DNA of 64,000 nucleotides. Origin: Eledone cirrhosa (Eukaryota). The position numbers and the translations under genes were made by a program. Location: contig OZ024740.1 of NCBI GenBank assembly GCA_964016885.1, positions 47,244,001 to 47,308,000 of the forward strand, given 5' to 3'. Numbering within the stretch: the stretch's first letter is position 1; the number at the start of each line of letters is the position of its first letter. This document shows positions 56,707 through 64,000 of this stretch, piece by piece. The notes under the pieces are model-generated. The model saw only the letters and a program-made list of their open reading frames with translations. It made no database searches and was not told the DNA's origin.

Positions 56707-57314
56707 TCAGGTCACCAGTTGGTGCTACTGGAAACATGTATCCCAGTACAACCTGACCCATGGTCGGGTCGTTGGCGACTAAACTGGCAACCCCACCAAG
56801 GTTTCTTGGTGAGGAGGGTGACTTTGGACATCCTGCAGGACTAAAAACAAGACCTGTCAAAGGGCAAAGGAGCTCTTAAGAGTCAATGGCCATCCAAAAT
56901 CACCGGGAGAGATGACCCTTTAGCCTTTGTCAAGGCAGAATTCTAGGAGAAGGAAAACTCTGATATAACACCTGCAACTCTGATGGTATCCAATGATGTT
57001 GACTTGTTCTTCCTTTTGGTAAATATCATCTTGGTTAAGAGAGTGGGACTGGCTTTGTGCAGTGCCTTTGCTCACTATAAAAGCTTCACGGCACAGGCAT
57101 TGCTTTATATCTGGAGATCTCTCTGCACTTGTCGTCACAGGGTACCATGGGCCCAGCACTATGTGTCAATATTTGTCACAAGTGTAGTGTTTGTACCAGA
57201 GTTTTCAAGTCGCTGGCTGGACTAAAAGGTCACACTCGTTCAGCGCATTGGTAGGGGTTCTCCTATATGGATATAAAGTAGTGGCCGTACTCGAAAACGA
57301 GTTGGCAGCCACCA
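56707..57314 (+). mobile_element. Third copy of the non-autonomous RTE-derived element
   Basis: Reverse complement of 45147-45815; embedded in (TATG)n. Confidence 0.8.
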
Positions 57315-57477
57315 TGTATGTATGTATGTATGTATGTATGTATGTATGTATGTATGTATGTATGTATGTATGAATGCATATATGTATGTATCTATGTATG
57401 TATGTATGCATATATGTTCGTATGTATGCATGCATGTATGTATGTATGTATGCATGCATATATGTATGTATGCATGC

Positions 57478-57510
<33 letters not shown>

Positions 57511-57760
57511 TGTATGTATGTATGTATGTATGTATGCATGTATGTATGTAAGTATGTATGTATGTATGTATGTATGCATGCATACATGTATGTATGTATA
57601 TATGTATGTATGTATGATTGTATGCATGTATGTATGTATGTATGTATGTATGCATATATGTATGTATGCATGTAAGTATGTATCTATGTAAGTATGTATG
57701 CATGTATGTAAGTATGTATGCATGTATGTATGTATGTCTGCATGTATGTATGTATGCATG

Positions 57761-57830
<70 letters not shown>

Positions 57831-57832
57831 AA

Positions 57833-58080
57833 GGCGCATGGCTTAGTGGTTAGAGCATTGGGCTTGCAATCGAAAGGTTGTGAGTTCAATTCTTGGACCG
57901 GGTGATGTGTTGTTTCCTTGATCAAGACACTTTATTTCACATTGGTCCAGTTTACTCAGCTGTAGACATGAGATGAAGAGGTACCAGCCAGTGGGATAGC
58001 GTTATCTTATGGCTAAAACAGCCCGACATGCTGTGACCAGCGGCGCCGAATGGACGTCCAACAGACTGGTCGGTTAAGGT
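57833..58080 (+). mobile_element. tRNA-derived SINE with intact head
   Basis: A box TGGCTTAGTGG, B box GAGTTCAATTC, followed by the CAAGACACTTTATTTCAC core. Confidence 0.8.
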
Positions 58081-58086
58081 GATATG

Positions 58087-58126
<40 letters not shown>

Positions 58127-58702
58127 TACGTATATAAAAATATATTGTGAGCGATAGAGAGAGAGAAAGAGGGAGAGAGAGAGAGATGGAGACAGAGTGT
58201 GTAAGAAAGAAATCTTGGATTACATTCTTTTTCATCTAAGCCAAGTACAGTAGTACGGTATACACCCGAGTAATCGCATGACTACGTGTGGTGGTCTTCA
58301 AGTCAATCTGACCCTTATTCCACATGATTTATAAGTTACACACACATAACCAAACATACTTATGCAAAAATTCATCTCCAGGGGACATCTTGCTTTCTCA
58401 ACAAATATCTATAGTGTTGGAATATATAAATATACATACATGAATACACACATACATACATACATATATACTCATGTGTGTGTTCAAAAGTCCTGACATC
58501 TTATATATATGAATTACATTTATATTCGTGATCTCTCAGCTTTATTCCTTAGGACATCATGCTGTTTACGTGCTCTCATATTGCTCAAAGATGTCATTAA
58601 TTGTAAATTATACTTCAGTGTCAAAACAGCCAGCATCACTTTACCTCTCGTGACATACATAAATATATATACACGAATATATATATATATATATATATAC
58701 AC

Positions 58703-58746
<44 letters not shown>

Positions 58747-58858
58747 GTACAGAGTGTCCCCCCCCCCCCCCCCCCAAAAAAAATGTATACTTTGATTACC
58801 TGTACAGGCAATATTTATTAAAATGCTGTTGAAGTGTGTATACAATATTTGGACACAC

Positions 58859-58914
<56 letters not shown>

Positions 58915-59271
58915 CCTTTCTCCTCTCTCTCTCTATATATATATTCGATATATTCGGATTTACAGAAACCTAGCGTGGATGTTGTATGTTATATGTGATG
59001 TATATCGTATGCTATACGATATGCGTTATGTGTTGCATTCGGTCTCCGCGCGATGGTACAGGTCAGTCAAAAATTTTTCCCTGAGTTCAGTCTTTTTCGT
59101 TGCTATGGCAATGCGGCTGGACTGCCGATCGCTATATTTGATTTGCAAAGCTGTCTAAACGTATTGTTATAACTCTGGGGTATTATCATCCATCGAGTGC
59201 TAAAACTACATTCCGAATCTGCATTTGTTAGCTTAGCCGCAGCCTAAAGCTTCGTTAATGCTGTACTAAAA

Positions 59272-59930
<659 letters not shown>

Positions 59931-59931
59931 C

Positions 59932-59976
<45 letters not shown>

Positions 59977-60029
59977 AAGAGAGAGAGAGAGAGAGAAAGA
60001 GAGAGGAGGAGTGAGAGAGAGAGAGAGAA

Positions 60030-60265
60030 AGATAGATAGATAGATAGACAGACAGATAGATAGATAAATAGATAGGTTGATAGATAGATAAATATAGAGA
60101 TAGACAGACAAATAGATAGATAGATAAATATAGAGATAGACAGACAAATAGATAGATAGATAAATATAGAGATAGACAGACAAATAGATAGATAGATAAA
60201 TATAGAGATAGACAGACAAATAGATAGATAGATAAATATAGAGATAGACAGACAGATAGATAGAT
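60030..60265. repeat. (GATA)n-derived 36-bp higher-order repeat
   Basis: The unit GATAGACAGACAAATAGATAGATAGATAAATATAGA is repeated about four to five times. Confidence 0.85.
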
Positions 60266-60672
60266 GCATATATATGCATCCTTATATCTATAATGATAAT
60301 GATTATCGTTATATAGAGACTACGAAATTTGACGGCTTCAGCTGACAATGTTCGTCTTCCCCATACCAATGTATGGTGCGTGTCCGTGTTTGGTTTAACA
60401 GGAGATGGGGATACACTTGAGAGAATATGTGTGATTTAGCTCACCCTTGTGTAGTATGATAGGGTGTCTTAGGTCGAATATTGGCGTGTGGTTTATGTCA
60501 GGCTTGGGCCCGAGGTTAGCTTTGATTTTTCTTGATGTATTTAATTACAAGTTAAAGCAATCGACGATCTTAGTTACACACACAAATATAATGCTTACTA
60601 GTAGTGGGACTGCTACCACCGAGTTCCTAACTACAGTAGCTTATCAAAGAGAAAAACATTGCAACATAACAG

Positions 60673-60741
60673 CTGTCTGATGAAAACATGTCAAAGTATT
60701 ATTATGCAATCACTTTGATGTTTTTGAAATACGTATAACAG
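60673..60741 (+). ncRNA. Type I HHR with extended stem II
   Basis: CTGT-CTGATGA-AAACAT.TCAAAGT..ACTTTGA.TGTTT-GAAA-TACGTA-TA-ACAG. Confidence 0.75.
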
Positions 60742-61722
60742 AATTACATAATAAACAGAGGAAGTATACCTAAATCCGTCTTTCTTCTTTATATATATAG
60801 AGGTAAGAGTCAGCACCCCGACGGCTGAGCTACGGCCGTTTCGAGGTCCAGACTCTTTTCCTTATTACCCACTCTACTACCCTAAGTATCGAGTACTCTG
60901 GTGCGTTTTGGTTCACCTTCTTTGTTATATGTATATATACCCAGTTTATTAAGGCTTATTAGTGAGTCATATTACTCTGGAGTTTCGCTTGTTTCTCCCA
61001 GGGTCATCAGACAAGAACTTCAATTCAATACCAGAGACAGTACAAATAAGGGAAGACTCGGGTTGGAGTGGGGGTTAATTGAAGTAGGGAAATTAAGACA
61101 GAATGTGCAGGATGATAGTGGCAGTGGGAGAAGAGTAGAGCTCTTTTTTCATTATTTTCATTCATTTTTCTTTCCTTCTTTTTCATTTTGCATATCTTAA
61201 CTTTTATATATTTGCTTGGCTCCGACACCACCCCACCACCACTTACTTACCAACCCATCAATATCTCCACCAGTACCATTATCATATTTCCCCATTATTA
61301 AGTGTTACACTATAATTCCATATTATTTATAATCTTATATTTCCTTAATTTTCATTATATTTAATTTGTATTTTCATAACTTATATTCTATATATTTAAT
61401 ACCTTATATATTTTATATATTTTATATATTTACTTGACACAGATAAACAGATAATATCCCGCCACCACTTACTCATGGACCCGCCACAATTTCCAACATC
61501 ACTATAATTAAACATTTTACCACCCTTAGATGTTACACCTTATAAGTGGGTGCTACCACCCATCGGGGATGTGGGCGTTGAGAAGGTCGGGGGAAGGGGG
61601 TGGGCTGGAACTTAAGGGGCAGTGATATAATAGTATGTTAAATATCAAATGATACATATATATATATACATATAGTAAAATAAAAAATAGATAATATTTA
61701 TTTATGCATAGTATATATTATA

Positions 61723-61910
61723 TTGCAGTATCGGTAGAGGGTCGGACGCCATGCTTTGCAGCATAGAGTTACGGCCCTTTATGATCTGAGTTCAAATCCC
61801 GCCGAGGTTAACTTTGCCTTTCATCCTTACTGGGTCGATAAAATAAAGTACCAGTAATGTACTGGCGTAATTGGTGGCCTTGAGTCAAAAGTAGAAACAA
61901 TTATATTATT
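61723..61910 (+). mobile_element. tRNA-derived SINE (octopus-type family), reference copy
   Basis: B box GAGTTCAAATCC, conserved central domain, (ATT)n tail. Confidence 0.85.
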
Positions 61911-61943
61911 TATATATAAATTAAGGATTTCATTTATTATATA

Positions 61944-62840
61944 CTAGCAGTGGTACCCGGCGTTGCACGGGATAAGGTATTTTGGAACGCGGGCCGCCAA
62001 CAGACCTAATCGTGGAAAAACTGCATGCCTGGACAATATGTAAAGAAAATAAACGAATACTCTGATGGCTGAATAATTTTTAACATTTCCCTCGATGAAG
62101 CAGGAAAAATGCAGGTTTTTACGTAATGCGGGCCCTAGGGGATCAAGAAAATGAATTTTTTATGTGCATAATATGCCTTTAAATTTCGGGAAAATCGGCT
62201 AGATGTAACGCCTCCAAAAAGCCCTAAGAAGCTGAAAAAATGAAGTTTTTCCCATAATGCGGGCCCTAGGCCATAAGAAAGTTAGATTTTCTTTTCTTAT
62301 GGTATGAAGAAGAGACTGACTAATACATAGTTACAATTTCAAGGAAATCGGTCTGATGTAACGCCTCAAAAAAACCCTAAAAATGTTAAACAACGCAGTT
62401 TTTCACCTAATGCGGGCCCTAGGAGATAAAAAAAGTAAATTTGTTTATGTGCATAACACTCCCTGAAACATAAGTAATACACATGTAAAGTTTGAAAAAA
62501 TCGGTTGGGTTTTCTCGAGTTTTAGGGATTCAAACTCACAGACACACACACACACAGGCAGACATCCTCACGGAAGTGACGTAATGTAGACAGCCAGACA
62601 TACAGACAGATATTATAAGGGCACGATGTTATATGTATGTATCTATCTAAAATGAGAAAGACTAAGTATTATAGAGCGAGATCGCTAAATCGCCTTATGC
62701 GGTCTCTAGGGCATTGAAAATTATTTTTGCTCAGATCACTCCCTGAAACATAAGTTTGAAAACAGTCGGTTGGGTGGTTCTCGAGTTTTATGGATTCGAA
62801 CCCACACACAGACAGACACCCTCAGTTTTATATATATAGA
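61944..62840 (-). mobile_element. Non-autonomous Helitron
   Basis: On the minus strand: 5' TC(TATATATATAAAA), 3' hairpin CCCGTGCAACGCCGGG and CTAG end, inserted at A|T. Contains three internal subrepeats with AATGCGGGCCCTAGG. Confidence 0.82.
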
Positions 62841-63524
62841 TTATTTACAATTTACATGTTGGCAGGTCTTTCTAGAAATTGGGTTGAGGGGGGGGGGGGG
62901 GGGGGGTGATGATGGTATTACGTGGCCATGAGGGGGCGGTGGCCCCAAAAGTTTGAGAACCTCTGATTTATCACTTCATATTCTATAATCTTCATTGTAT
63001 GATATTTAATTATATTTTCTCTAGTTTCCATATTCTAATTTTAAACTTCATCACTTTATATTCTTTACTTATTTTAACAATACCATTGCCATCACCACCA
63101 TTATCCCCCACCACAACCTCCTTACATCCGCCCACCCATTATAGTTTCTCTCTATCTGTATATATATATGTATATATATTTATGTATGTATGTGTTTGTA
63201 TATTTATATTCGTATGTATATATATGTATCTATATATATAAAGTTGTAGTCCCTGTCTGTTTGGTTGTTTGTTCACGAATTCCTCCTATGGTTTTGGAGA
63301 TAGACCCCATAACCATATATATTCTGAAACTACATTGCCCAGGGTACTTGGATAACAATATTTCATTTTAATGAAAGAGTTCCCCCGAGGCACAAACCCC
63401 TGCTGAAAATGTTTCCCTTCGATTTATATGAAATTTAAACCATAGGTAAATGACAAGATATGATGCCTATTCATAAAAGTTTTGAATTGATATTTTGAAA
63501 CAAATTATTTACAAGAAACAAAAT

Positions 63525-63930
63525 AAGAATATATGCAGTCCACTTAGGTGTAGTCCAGTTAGGGTACTCCGAGTAGTGGATGGTATCAACGCTTGGCTAA
63601 GTTTGACTCAACAAGGCGTTTCCATAGTGATGCTGCGAGTACGCTGTGATTTCTATGTTGTTTACACTTGGAGTAATGATAAATCAAGAAATAAGAGTGA
63701 CACGGTTTGCTATATAATAAGGGCTTTAATCACTTTGCTGACAATTGTTTCTCTGAACTGGTAGGTCTAGAGATCGCTACTCGCCTGTTTCTGCGTCAAT
63801 TGGTGATCGATTAACGCAGAAACAGGCGGGTAGCGATCTCTAGATCTGCCAGTTCAGAGAAACAATTGTCAGCAGAGTGATTAAAACCCTTATTATATAG
63901 CAAACCGTGTCACTCTTATTTCTTGATTTA
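63525..63930 (-). mobile_element. Fold-back element, family of 59418-59930
   Basis: Near-perfect hairpin at 63679-63930; the 5' half of the HHR is lost at the turn. Confidence 0.8.
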
Positions 63931-64000
63931 TATATATATATTAGCCGAATTACCCGCGCCTTGCTGCATTTCACACATTCATATATATATATATATATAG

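Noticed and set aside
57833-57905. tRNA gene
   Set aside because: The acceptor stem is poor and the sequence continues into a SINE body, so it is a SINE head.
63227-63525. Possible second Helitron 5' end (TCTATATATATAAA...)
   Set aside because: No matching 3' hairpin/CTAG in the same orientation was identified within the window.

Overview
AT-rich, microsatellite-saturated animal genomic DNA, most likely a coleoid cephalopod such as Octopus (inferred from the SINE family and the repeat landscape). Most of the supplied ORFs are translations of microsatellites. The window is almost entirely mobile DNA: Penelope-like elements (Naiad-type GIY-YIG), a near full-length Tx1/L1 LINE, RTE, R4/Dong, CRE and CR1-like LINE fragments, a deleted hAT transposon with TSDs, a Helitron, MITEs and tRNA-SINEs. 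The only host-gene signal is a probable first coding exon of a secreted CAP-domain protein at 53349-53498. The most striking hidden structure is a dense set of about two dozen minimal or variant type I hammerhead ribozyme (HHR) motifs, counted by eye. They lie in short non-coding elements inserted into (TA)n tracts, often with 5'-inverted fold-back ends. One is a 468-bp head-to-tail array with one HHR per unit, the architecture of circRNA-producing retrozymes. All calls come from reading the sequence by eye; element boundaries are approximate and ribozyme activity is untested.
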